From Psammoneis japonica (taxonomy: Eukaryota), in the NCBI GenBank assembly GCA_008632985.1, contig QPGO01000181.1, positions 1-64,000 of the forward strand: a DNA stretch of 64,000 bases, given 5' to 3'. A model generated the notes under the pieces. That model worked only from the letters and a program-made list of their open reading frames with translations. It searched no databases and had not been told where the DNA came from. Within the stretch, counting starts at the first letter, position 1, and every line of letters begins with the position of its first letter. Below are positions 23,306-35,525 of this stretch, piece after piece. A program made the position numbers and the translations under genes.

Positions 23306-26300
23306 ATGATTGCTGCTGCTCAAGCTGTTGCGGAAGCAGCGCTTCGCGAATCTGCGCAACGGCAGACTCGGAGCGCTAGAGGTACCAATTTTTTGAATCC
23401 CACGGACGAGCCCAATTTTTCCGGAACGGAGTTCGATCGCAAAGAAGGTTGGGAACAACACGTAGACGGAGTCGAAAACTATCAACTTGAGAGTAGCACT
23501 CAGCATATGCAGTCTCTTTTGGAGATGGTAAAGCAGCAAGAACACCACCAGCTTGCCGCTGCCGCAGCAGAAGCGGCAATCACCTCGAGACCTGTCTATC
23601 ATTATCTGACCGTCGCTCAGAATGGTTAGTGTATTTTTTAGGAATAATTCCTATGCATGACCCGCAATGATTATTTTTCTAATTTTTCTTCAAATTCAAA
23701 CTGTCGATGAAATGTCCACAGGAACCATCCTTGGTGCAACAGAAACAGTAACGGGGTTTCTCCCAGACGGGCTGCTCATGACGTCTGTGTAAGGATTTCT
23801 ACCGTGTGACAAGCTTGCCGTTTATGCGTCTCACCCCCTATCTTGTCGCTACGTTGACCAGATACGATGCAATTTACGACGAAGACATCCTCGGATATCT
23901 TACAATAAAGAAACATCTGTGGGACAATGGTCAACGAGACGCATGTTGTTACCACCGCAAACGCACATTGGAAGGAAAGTGGATGTGGTTGGTCACTAGA
24001 GTCGTTTCTTACATCGAGCACCCTGTTTCTGGTTATGTTCTTTTGGAGAGCAGAGTCGAGGACGAATGCACAGCACTTCGCATTAATCGAATTACACGTA
24101 TTTCTTCGATACTCGCTCGGACGGTGGAAGAGGCAGAAAATGAAACGGCAACAAAAGAAGCACGACGACTGGGTAGAAAGTCAGGCGTTCGATCAGATAG
24201 CGCCCAAGGCTCACGGGAGAACACGTCGAGCAGTGATCAGTCACCTCCATCGCATTTGGGACCTGATGTGCCGGATTCACGCAGTGAATTAGTCCATGAC
24301 GTCAACAATGTTCGTGACAGTTCGAACACCGAAATACAAGGGGTTGAAGCGCTTGATCCGTTCTCCGCGATAGAATCTGTTAAATCTGGAATATGCCTTG
24401 ATATGGGTATGATACGATTGTTACCGAGCGAATTGAGCATTGTTACCCTGGTTTTGACAGGTCGCCTACCTATTGAGGATCTCGCGCAGTTTGTTTTGGC
24501 AAGTCTGGAATCGTCCGAATTTTGTTGTATGGTTGGCCGGGGAATGGACTGGGAGGATTCAGTGGGTGGGAGTTTGAATAGGGATGAATCCAATGCACGA
24601 AGTTCGATACCAGGCCTTAGAGACGACCCTATAGATATTGCCCCCGGCTCCTATCCGGTGGGAGCTTCTCGTGGAACTTCTGTGCAGACCGCGTTACAAC
24701 ATTCGCCACCGCTTCTCTCCGTCGTGAATCTTGCTTACACTTACATGGGAAACGCGGGCCTCGGTATCCTTAGCGAGATTCTGTATGTTGACAACTCCAG
24801 TTTGAAAATTATTGACATAAGCTTTTGTGGGGTAGACGAAAGGGGGATATTGACTCTCTGTAGAGCAATCTCGAAACGTCGGAAGAAGGGCCTTCCGCCA
24901 TTGCAAGGACTTGTCTTATCAGGAAACTACATCTCCTGCAAGGCTGCAACATGTCTTGGGATAGAACTGTCAGAACGGAAATCGCTCCCAAGAAAGAGAT
25001 CGGGCGCCAGCATCACCAATTGCACGCGACCTTACGATGACGAGTCTGATAATGATGTTGACGCTGGCTGCGAACCCAGTGATCCTTTCGCCTGTTGTGG
25101 GAAAGGAAATGGGCTCCAGATCCTTCGCATTGGATCTGCATCACTCAGTGCCGTAGCATTGAACCAGCTCTTGGAGAGATTAGGCCATCACTGCCCAATC
25201 CGGGAACTTAGTATTCCCTCCAACAACATTGGCGCTTCTGGTGCGACGCTTCTGGTCGATTTTTTGGAAGGACATGCCCCGATGAAGTCCCATCCTGTCA
25301 TGCCATTTTTAGACAGACTCGACTTGTCAAACAACAATTTCGGTGACGACGGAACTGCAAAACTCACACGAGCAATTTCGAAACGGGTAAAAGTCAATCT
25401 TGTCGATCTTCGACTGTCGTCCAATGAGATTGGTGCAGGAGGGGTGGAAACAATCATGAATAAGCTGTTGCAGCACAACCTCGTGTGCTTGTCCCTTGAT
25501 AAAAATGCTATTGGTGATCAGGGTTGCCAGCTGGTTGCTGCATCGCTTCCAAGTATGCATCAACTGGCAAGGCTTAATCTCAGCTTCAATCAGATTGGAA
25601 GCCGTGGTGTCAACACCCTTATGAGGACCTTAGTTGGCTGTGAATCGATTAGATACCTCGGGCTTTCTGGCAACATTATGAAGATATCTGGGGCGATCGC
25701 TATGGGATTCACGCTTGCTCAGCATCCGCGACTGGAAGGCCTCGACTTAGACAACTGCTGCTTGAGCCAAGCAGCGCAGTGCCACATTGTTGCCGGCGTG
25801 ATATCTAATCGATGGGTACCAATGAAAAGAATGAATGGGTTCCAGGTAGGGCCACCAATGGTCGCAATTGGAGCCCTAGACGTTGTCGCTCAACATCTTG
25901 GCAACGATGAATGTTTCCGGCTACGCAGAGATGAACAAATGAAGACAATACTTCAATGGATGGAAAGCAATCGCGCTGCCAAACAAAGTGGGGAAGAAGC
26001 TGTGGATGTATGCGATTACCAGCCAGAATCTGAGCACAATTTTCTCACTCCCGATTTTGTGTCAAGTATGAATGATGTGCACGGAGCTCCATCGCAAAAT
26101 GCCTATTTGCGAATGCTGGGGTGGCTTAGCCAGATTCCTTTTGATGAAGAAGAATTAACTTCTCTTAGAAAATATTTCTATGATGTTGATGGTGGTGACA
26201 GAGACAGAGGAAGCGACGGTTATGTCAACCTAAAACTTCGGGGAGATTTGCTCGCAGCGCTTTCGAGTGACGTGGCCGAGGAAATCCGGGAGCGGCTCCC

Positions 26301-27270
26301 AGCTTTCGAGATCGACGCTGATGGGTCAGTTGGTCTGGATTTGAACAAACATTGCGCTGGTCCGCCTCCGGTCTGGGAAAGCCTGCAAAGGGAGAAAACT
26401 GTAACTCTCTCAATTGGGCAAGCTTCCTGCGCAAGTAGCCATGACTCGGAGAACGGGAGTGTGAATCATTGCTTTCAAGCTGACATCTCCGAAACCGGGG
26501 ACATCTTTGAGAAAACTGGGATTTCTCAGGTTACAGCGGATTCGAAACCTAGTCTTAGTCGAAACGAATCGGAATCGAGCATCCGCAAGAAAGACGACCG
26601 AAGGAATTTCAACAATGCTCTGAAGCCTCGTATTTCTGTGTTTTCTGCATTTGAAGTTAAACTCGAAGAGCTTAAAGTCGCAGCACAAGAACTGATGGAC
26701 GAAGAGGACGACCCAGCGCAACAAGATGTGATTTTAACTCAGTATGCCGAAGCATCGTTAACGATTCTTAGGCAGCTTCGATATCACTGCATGAATAGTG
26801 GTCTGGACGGTTGGCGACAAGGAGGAATCCGCCGCAAGGTGCTTATTGTAGACGATAGCAAGGTCACGCGAAAAATGGTGTCGCGAGCATTTGAGAAGGC
26901 GAACTTCATTGTTGATACTGCCGAAAATGGCGTAGAAGGAGTAGAGAAACTCAAAGAGTCGATCTATGACATTGTTTTCATGGATATCGATATGCCTGTA
27001 ATGAATGGTTTTGAGGCGACCAAAGCTTTAAGGCAGTGGGAAGACGCAATTCGGCCGGGCGCGCGGCAACCAATATGCGCTCTAACTGCCGCCTACGTTG
27101 ACGACTTCGAAAGGAGTGAGTTGATGAAGTTTAAGGAAGCAGGGCTAGATGTGATGGAAAGTAAGCCATGCAATATCCCTCGTCTCTTTAAGGTGGTTGA
27201 TGATGTGTCGCCAATGTTCAGTGACTTGAGCATTAGCGTCACTCAAAAAGAATCAGTTTCATCTAGTTAA
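23306..27270 (+). CDS. PAS + leucine-rich-repeat (RI-like) + C-terminal response-regulator receiver protein, ~1264 aa. Exons 23306-23624, 23722-23788, 23862-27270
   Basis: Introns 23625-23721 (GTTAGT..CAG) and 23789-23861 (GTAAGG..CAG) join in frame, total 3795 nt, and build a PAS-like segment YLTVAQNGTILGATETVTGF...SVYDAIYDED...RKRTLEGKWMWL. Multiple LxxLxLSxNxIGxxG repeats follow. The receiver reads VLIVDDS...FMDIDMPVMNG...ALTA...SKP. Confidence 0.9.
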
Positions 27271-27665
27271 GATGGTAGCAATCTAGCGTAATTAAAACTT
27301 CTCCAGGTCTTTCATTCATGGCGGCATATTTCTTGTCACTAGGAAATAGCTTCTCAAATCATGCTGTAGCTTTTTGCGGCTGCTCGATGCTGAATATACG
27401 AAAATCAGATATCACGGTATTACACAACGAAGCAGGCATCACTTCTCAACCAATTCTGTACTGTAAGAATGAGATTCACGACAGCAACGATCTAACGAAG
27501 TTTCCGCCGTGCTAACAAAAGAAAGCATTTTTATGTTCAAATACCTAAGTTCTCATGCTAATACTTTTCGGCCTAAGAACATTCCCCACCATTGCGCATG
27601 CCAGCTTTCCTACACTTTCCAGTCTTGCGTAATATCGCCAGGCTATTACACTGCGACCTGTCAGA

Positions 27666-29245
27666 TTACTGCGAAGCAGACAGACCCGGTGCAGCAGCTG
27701 CAACTGCAGCGCTCACGGCACCTTCGATTGCCATGACAGTTCCTTCAGCGGCAATGGCAACTGCTGCATCAAGGTCAGTCGCTTCGCCGTCAAACTTCTG
27801 AGCCTGAGCGCGGTCTTCCTCCGTTTCGTTGAGATCCGACTCCCCCGGTAGTAGCTTTGACGCTTCTGGGTCACCCGGCTCCGGGGCGGCAACCTTCACA
27901 ATCACCCCAATAAAGTTAACAATGTTGTTCTGAGCATCACGTAATGCTGCTACAAACAGATTATTCCAGAATGCCGTTCCATCAGAAGTGTAGTTTATCA
28001 GTGTAACCGTAACGTCCTCTCCACAAGCAATCGCCTTCCGAATTTCGGCAACCTTGACAGGACTTGTTTCGGTACCCTGAAGAAACCGACAGTTTCTACC
28101 GAGCACTTCAGCACGAGAATATCCTGTGAGACTCAGGAAGTCATCGGATGCATACACAATTGGATTGTCTTGCAGACTCGGATCAGTAATAACGAAACAT
28201 TGTTGAGAGCTCTGGATGCTCTTGATCAAACTGAAGTCCTGCTTATCCAGTTCCGTTCCGCCATCTCCACAAACTTCCGAGATTGAGCTAGGGAGCTTTT
28301 CCACAGCCCGACAGTCCTCCAGGAGGGACTTGGAGACATCAGGGTCGAGCTTGCTTCGAACGACTTCCTTGAGAGCTAGATTCTCGCGTTGCAAATCGAT
28401 AACTTCTTTCTGGAGTGATTCAAAGAAAAATTTCTTCCGAAGCCTGGTGCGACGCGCAAGAATACGATTTCGTTCTCTTCGACGGTCGATCTGCGCCTGA
28501 GTCTTCTGGCGACCTCCGCGGCCAGGGATTGTTTGCGGCACAAGGTGGCTATTAACTACTGTTCCTGCACGCCCAGTCGCTGCCAGCAACGAAGGATCAA
28601 CGCGACGGCGCTTGCTCCCAGGGCCGCTCGACGCCACACCGGCACCGTTCGGGTGCTGGTGCACGACCACTGACGGTCCGGACGCAAGAGGTGCGACAGC
28701 AACCGGCGCTGCGGGTACGAAAGCGGGCTGCGAAGGGGCGGGCGGCAACGGCAAACCAGGGTGCGCCAACGAAGACGATGTCGGAGCTCCAATCACCGAC
28801 GAACCCGCTTTGGTTCGCTTGTGAGTGTTGTTTATCTGAGATGTAATGATATTCTGCACATTCGACACACTCTCGCTTCCGACGTCATTATGCACTGGGG
28901 AAACCACACCAGACGCTGAAGAGGATTCGACGCTGTAATAAAACGAAGTGAAACAGACTTAGAGTTTCGGCGTCACGAATTGGGGACAAGCACTCCTGAA
29001 ACTCACCAAAAATCGAATGGAGGAATTCCCATTCCAGAATCCGCTGCGGTTGATCCATCGTCCAAGAGGTACTCAGCCAACAGATCAAAATCTAAAGGAT
29101 CGCAAGATGCACCGTCTTGGACTAGACTGCCCCATCCCTGCGACGGTGCAGCTGAAGTGTCTGACTGAAGCTGGCTGCCATTTGTCGACGACGGGGCAAA
29201 ACGGGGAATTGCAACTGGTAACATACTTGAGATTTTAGCTGACAT
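27666..29245 (-). CDS. AUREO2: Aureochrome (bZIP-LOV transcription factor), AUREO2 type, ~501 aa. Exons 29245-29007 and 28932-27666
   Basis: bZIP RRRERNRILARRTRLRKKFFFESLQ (AUREO2-like rather than the AUREO1 REHAKRSR form) followed by LOV DNPIVYAS...GRNCRFLQG...FWN. The 74-nt intron 29006-28933 (GTGAGT..TACAG) joins in frame, total 1506 nt. A further CTAAC/polypyrimidine/CAG acceptor at ~29257 suggests an upstream intron, so the start is not certain. Confidence 0.93.
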
Positions 29246-30899
29246 ATCTGTAGCTTCTGGCAAAAATAAAAGCGGGAGAAAAATGTTAGAAACACGAAAC
29301 TAAAAACCGCGAACCAACGCCGACAAGACGAACTCTCGCCGGATCGATTGAGAACGGGGAGCACAAGCTAGTGGGAATTCGTCGAAGACCCGCTGCGATT
29401 CATTCAAAGACACAAACTTCAACGAATTCTGGGTTCTTGGAAAGTGTGGTGAACGGTGAAGCAACACCAACCTAGCACACAACGAACGAAAGAGTTACCG
29501 GAACATCTCCAACCACCTCTTCTAGCAAAATACAAGCCGCGACCGACGGCAAAAGACCGGCGAGGCAATCTCGCTCAAAACGTATACTAGCACACAAAAT
29601 GAATTTTCACGAACAACTGACGGTTGTTAAATTTCTTTCCTTTGACCCACCTGCGTACGTTTGACCGACCTGTGAGCCACAGAGAGAAACAGCAGAGGAT
29701 CGGAGCGGCAGTTCCAGCGTCGTCGTCAATGATCGGCAGGCTTCGTTTTCGATTGATCCAGTGGTGCACTGGCGGGGTTTTCGCGTGTCGTTGAACCGGG
29801 AAATCTCATTGATTGACACCACGCAATCCAAATCCGAGAGCGTACAGACAGTGTACCATGTTGATTCGTTCAGAAAAATGGTAGGGCTACAGTACGGGCA
29901 GGGCCCTCTCTACTCACTACTGTAACCGGTAGCTAAGAGACTAGGCCCTACTCTCGTACGTACTCGGGTGCCATTTTGCTTTTTGGAATGCTACAGCATG
30001 TACGCCGGTAGTACGGACGGACGTTCTGCGCGGAACACCGACGCGCGCGCGACACTTGTCGCCACGTTCGGGAGCACTGTGCGAGCACTGTGCTGTATGT
30101 ACAGCACACCGGTGCCACTGTAATGGTCGACGTGCCGTTCGTAGATAATGTTCAACCTTTCTGCGAAAAGCATTTTGAGCTGGCTTGAATCCACCAAATG
30201 CCTCTTGAAATCTGGGAAGAAGAACAAAGAGCTCACACACTGCTGACGCTGAGGTCATCGTCTGCATGTTTCCTTTGATCTGAGTGCTGGGAAGTGGTGG
30301 TGGTGCTTGTTCGCAGATTGCACCAGGAATCCGTGTTCAGAACAGCACCAGTTTGTTCCAACTCTGTTGTTTGAAAAACAAGTGAATTTTGTGCAGCACT
30401 CATTGTGAAACAACTTGGGTCACAAAGAGCTCGGCATTGATTGCAGAAATGTGTGCCACATGTGAGAGGCCGCTCAACGGCAGCTCTTGGCACAGTCTGC
30501 AATGCTGTGATTTTCCACCTTCAATCACAGCTCACATCAATCTGACAAAGATGTCTCAAGAAGATGAAGTCACAAGGTGTTTGATGTTGAAATTTTGGCC
30601 AAAAGGTCCCAGCCAGCAAAACATGTCTCCCACCTTCCCATTCACCCCACCTTCCCAAATGGTGTAAATTTGAAAATTTCTTGCCTCTGCCAAGGGCAAC
30701 GCTGTTGTTCCCAACCATTTTGAGGATTTTGTCACAACAAACAGACACTGTTTTGCCACACAAAGTGTGTTGCTGTGTTGACTCAACATGCAAATGTCGC
30801 CCAAAGGGAATCCCATTGGGCTTTCTGTGTGATGCTGCTCGGCACTCTTGCCTTGGCAGACTGCAATGGCCATGGGTTGCTTGAGGTGTCAATGCAAAC

Positions 30900-31350
30900 T
30901 GCAAACTTGTGCAATGGCAGGTGCCTGCTGATGCAGGATGACACTCACACAAACCAAATGAACCAAATCATTTTGCTCCTAAAGTGATGTGAAAAACAAA
31001 TGTGAGAGATTCTCGTTGGCAGTGAAATCTCAAAGAGTCACCGAATGAGCCACGTCAGGAGCCAAAAGCATCTTCTCTTCAAAACTTCTGGGTTCCTTGC
31101 ATTTGCTGTGACATGGGTGTGACAACACACTCCTGCCACTTGCATTGATGTTCTGCTGGCAAGTTGGGACCGGCTGGCATTTCGGGAAAACTGGTCCCTC
31201 TGGTGCGCAGATCACCTGCTGCGGTGCCCTGAGAACAAGCTTGGAGATGGAAATCCTTGCAAGGACTCCAGAAGCATTGCAGCCACATCAATGCAATGCC
31301 TCCCCTTCAAGATTTTCTGCTTGCCTCCTTGAAGGCATGGTTTGACAATG
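30900..31350. repeat. Unclassified repeat family, related to 42290-43080
   Basis: Shared blocks such as GAGCCACRTCAGGAGCCAAA and CATTGATGTTCTGC...GGGAAAA(A)CTGRTCCCTCTGG; minus-strand peptide PEGxVFPKxQ...QNIN in both. Confidence 0.6.
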
Positions 31351-31379
31351 AAATGATGTGTGTGCCAAAGACGTTGATC

Positions 31380-31850
31380 ACCCCTGCAGAGCTCTGAGCA
31401 AAGCCCAATCTGACATTGGATGGCCCCAAGTGTTTGGTGGCCATTGCTCTTGCCTTTGGAATGTTTGACAATCAGGTCACCTGCATGATTTGGGTCTCCT
31501 CCATCAGCATCATGAAGAAAACAAGCAACCACCAGATTGGACAGTGCAAATTGGTTTGTTCACATGGAAGCATTGGCAAGAGCTCTGGGAAGAGTGCAAT
31601 CATCTGGTGCACTGACATGACACAGTTTCTGGGAAGTCCTCCCAACACTGCAGGGTTGAGGCCAAATTGACAGCAATGTGCAACAAATGTCAGGAGCACT
31701 CAGCAAAAGACCAAGGAGTTTTGTTAGATTCAGCAAAGGTGCATCAGGCATTCTCTCTGCTGCATGCATGCAACATTGGATCTCAGTGGTCAGACCTGGA
31801 CTGAAAGAGAGTTTGAACAAAGAGGTGAAACAGTGCTTGGCACTTCATGG
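31380..31850 (-). mobile_element. Ty1/copia RT-RNase H junction fragment
   Basis: APDICC (RPDIxY-type) and PNHAGDLIVKHS (DADHAGD..RRS-type) remnants. Confidence 0.45.
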
Positions 31851-34434
31851 CACACACATTGTTGTTGGCTGTTTCTGTCAGGTGCCTCCTGATGGAGGCA
31901 CCACACCCAGCAGATCACATGAACTTCTGCAGCATCCCTTGCAGGGTGTGCTGAAAGTGTGGGTCAGCTGGCGCTGGTGGTGTTGCTGAGCAAAGAGGTG
32001 CAACACCACTTTAAACCAGGTTTGGTTTCATTCATCCCTCTGGTGCAAAGACCAAATTCTCACCAGGTGCACCTGTTGCTTCACAGCCAACATTCTGCAA
32101 TGCACAACTGCGCAAGTTGGTGCACCACTGTCATTGGAGCAATTGACCACATCATCAAACAAGTGTCATGTGCCTCACACATCGTGCCTTGCACACACCC
32201 CAAAAAATGCTCCACTCAAGCACAACAAATCCTCCCTCTTGTGATTTTCACTGTGCAGACCATCAATCAGGTTCACAATCCAAGAACCATTGACACTGTC
32301 TCAGGAGTCAAATCAAGAACTCCACTCCACAACAAAACCACACATGCACAGGGTTTGTGCAGTTGATGCAATGATGGAAGAACAATGCCAGCTTCACAGC
32401 ATCACAAACAATGCTGTCTGCATCCCTTGTGAGTCCACAACAACTCAATTCAATGCCAGGGCCCTGATCTGGGTTGTGATGCACAAGAGGACCACCACAC
32501 ATCCCATGCTTGTCCATGCCATGGGTGGGACAATCAACCCTCAACTTCTTGCATGAAATGTCAATGTCATTCTTGTCAGGCTAATTAAAACTCATTGCCC
32601 ATTGATCTAGCGGTGAACTCATCATTCACGCACTCTTTGCCATCTTTGTGTTGTCCAAAAAGAAAACAACATGCTTTGCCTTGCTTTGGGGCTCAGCTTC
32701 CAACAATTTGCCAAAACTCTTTGGTCATTTGTTCATTCCAAGCATGTCATCTAACCTCATGTGATGCACTTGAATTGTCACAGATGGAGAGCATCAGTGC
32801 AATGGTGGAAATGCACTCAAGCATTGTGGGACTCCACAATTGGATGTCCTCTTGCACTTCCTTCATCAAGCAATGTTTCTTCATCCACAGACCCTGCTGC
32901 ACACATGTGGTCACTGGCGGCCCTGCAAAAGGGCACACACATTGTTTTCTCCATTTGTCAACAACACATGTCAAATGATGTGGGTCTAAAACATCATGGC
33001 AGAGATGCAAGTTGTCAGTTCTTGCCCCTTCTGGTCTGTCAAACCATCTCATCTTATGCCATCTCAAAATTCTTGTCCATGATCACCACTTGTCTTCCTC
33101 ATTCATCACACCTGCAAGTTCTTCAAACATTTCCCAGCCTTTCCATGGCCACTGCTGGGTTGTCATGTCATGCAGTGCATCATTGTGCTCATCCTCATCA
33201 AACTCATCCATGGTCAACTGTTGTTCTGAAGAACAAACCAGTGACAGAACAAATTGTGACTGGTTGAACCATGTGGTTTGTGACATTTTCTGGGTTGCAG
33301 GGAAGTTTCACCCACATGCATCAGAATCTTGTCTAACATCACAAACAGGAAACACTCCTCTGTCATCCTTGAGAGGTTGGCAGCCTGCAATGGCTTGTTT
33401 AAACTTTTGAAACTTCTCACCCTGCCACAGCTCAGTCATGTCTTCTCCAAGCATGTCATTTGACAGACAATGCTGCACTCTGAGATTGCACTTCTCAATC
33501 TGATCAGTGACAAAGAAATGACAAATGTTGAGTGCTCTGGATCATTTTTTGGCCCTCCTGTGTCCATTGGTTTCCAACAGTGTGGTGCTTTCACAGTCCT
33601 GGTGCAGGACATTCTTGTCGATCAGATGCCCCTGATGCTCCTCCACAAACAACTTGGTCCACAGAATCATGGTCATTGCACAGTTGACTCACGCAAGTCC
33701 AGCTTCTGTGCTGCTTGGGGTGCAGACTCACAGCCCTGCACTGCTCCATTGCCCATGGTCATGATTCCTCCTGTGTGGCTCTCTTAAAACCATGATGCGC
33801 CATGAGCAAACATGTGGTTCTGTCATGGTAGAAAATTCTGGCTCTGGAGGTGTCACAGCAATTTAGCATCCGGGTTCTGTCTGTTGCCCACAGTTGTGAT
33901 TCCTTCTGTGTGGTTCTTAAAACCACAATGCACCACATGTGATGCAAACGTGCACCAGCAGAAAGCTTGGAGGTCCTTTGTGCTCAGTGCATCAATTTCA
34001 TTTCATGTCTGGTTTATGCACTTGATGCAATGTAAAAGGCTTTCCCCAATCCTTGTTGGCTGGCTCTCTGTGACTTGCCTGCATGATGCTGCAATGGTGG
34101 GGTGCACATCCATGTGGCCTTGCTTGGACATGAGCACTCCCTTGGCCACCCAAGCATGGAATGCATTCACTTTGTTGGCTGGCAATCTCACACTGCCAGT
34201 GTCAAATGGGTTCTCTCCAGGTGGCATCATGGCAGCATCTGCACTCTTGAGATCTCTTCTGGGAACTGATCAATCATCTTGCAAAGACAGTCAGTCATGT
34301 TGACCTTTACCTTGCCTTTGTGGTTGAAGTCCAGGGTCATGCTGAGGTGGTCATGCTTCTTCCCTTGTGTCAAGATGACTTCACTGCAGCTTCCATGCAT
34401 CTTGTCAAGCCAGTTCAGGAATGTGTCATTTGCT

Positions 34435-35525
34435 TGCACTTTTTGATGTGAGCTGCACACCCTCAGCTTCTATGTGGGTTTCTATGCAACTTCTCACACT
34501 GATGTCACCCTTCTCAGAAGGTGTCGATTTGGCTCTAAAAAGCCCATTCTGTCCACATTTGCCAATGGCACATCCTTGTTGCAGCATCATTGGCAATGTT
34601 CATCAGTGGAAAATGACAAGTGTTGTGGCATTTTGGTTTGTGTGCTGGTTGTCATTTCTCATAATTTTCTGTTGTCTCAGAAAACATTCTGCAGAGGATC
34701 TGGCACAAATTTTACATGGATCTGCAGACACTGCTGATGATGCACATGTCACTTTGCCAGACTGCTTCTGTCCTTGCCAATTGGTCTTCAATGCCACTTT
34801 TTTCTTCACCGTGCAATCAAGTCCTTCACTCTTTTGGGGTGAATGCACTCCTTCTGTTGTGGCCCTTTTCAGCAAGAATGTCAGTCATCCTTTGGTGTCA
34901 TTTGATTGTCATCCATTTGCTGCTCCTGCGGGCTTTTCTGTGCAAGATCTGGCATTGTTTCTACCTGCCACCACTGACAATCTATGTGCCACTTCTCTGG
35001 ACCACTTTTGTCCTTGCGCCAATCAGTCCTCAACCCTGCTTGTTCTTTTCTCTGCCATTCAATCAAGTCCTTCACTCTGTGGGGTGAATGTGCTGCTTCC
35101 ATTGCGGCCCTTTTCAGCAAGAATGTAAGTCATTCTACTTTGTCATTTGATTGTCATTCAATTGCTGCTCCCACCGGCTTTTCTGTGCAAGACCCGGCAC
35201 TGATTCTACGTGCATCAAAAATTTTCTCCTATGACCTGCTCGTCTTGCCTTCAAGGCTTCTTTTGTGGGCTGTTTCAAAAACCTGTCCAAATGCAATTGT
35301 CCGTTGCAGATGCAGCATGCTTTCTGTGGCTGTCATCAACAAGCATGCAACACATCCCTCATGTGAATCATTCCTTTTCAGTTATCTTGGTGGGGTGTCA
35401 TCTTCTGGTGATGCCCATTCCAGCTGATCCCACACAAGCTCCTGACACACTGAAGCAGTGCGCTGGGAGTGTGGGTCAGCCAGTGTCAGCTCAGCTGGCA
35501 ATGGAGTGACAGCACTTAAAATTTA
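34435..35525. repeat. Unclassified repeat family, copy 1 of 3 (others at ~38255-39270 and ~41460-42290), with internal ~250-bp duplication
   Basis: Shared start TTTTTGATGTSAGCTGCAYRCCCTCAGCTTCT (copies 1-2), shared CTGATGTYRCCCTTYTCAGA and TGCAAGATCTGGCA-type blocks; 34790-34960 is repeated at 35040-35210. Confidence 0.7.

Noticed and set aside
23806..23861. GTG start of the 1154-aa ORF
   Set aside because: It lies within a GT-AG intron (23789-23861); splicing to upstream exons gives an ATG start and a complete PAS-like domain.
26830..27270. Bacterial contamination or a prokaryotic two-component operon
   Set aside because: The receiver is fused to eukaryotic-type LRRs in a gene with spliceosomal introns, next to an aureochrome.
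29250..30200. Aureochrome autoregulatory TGACGT box upstream of the gene
   Set aside because: No exact TGACGT/ACGTCA seen in the upstream region by eye; the nearby ACGTCA at ~28882 is in coding sequence.
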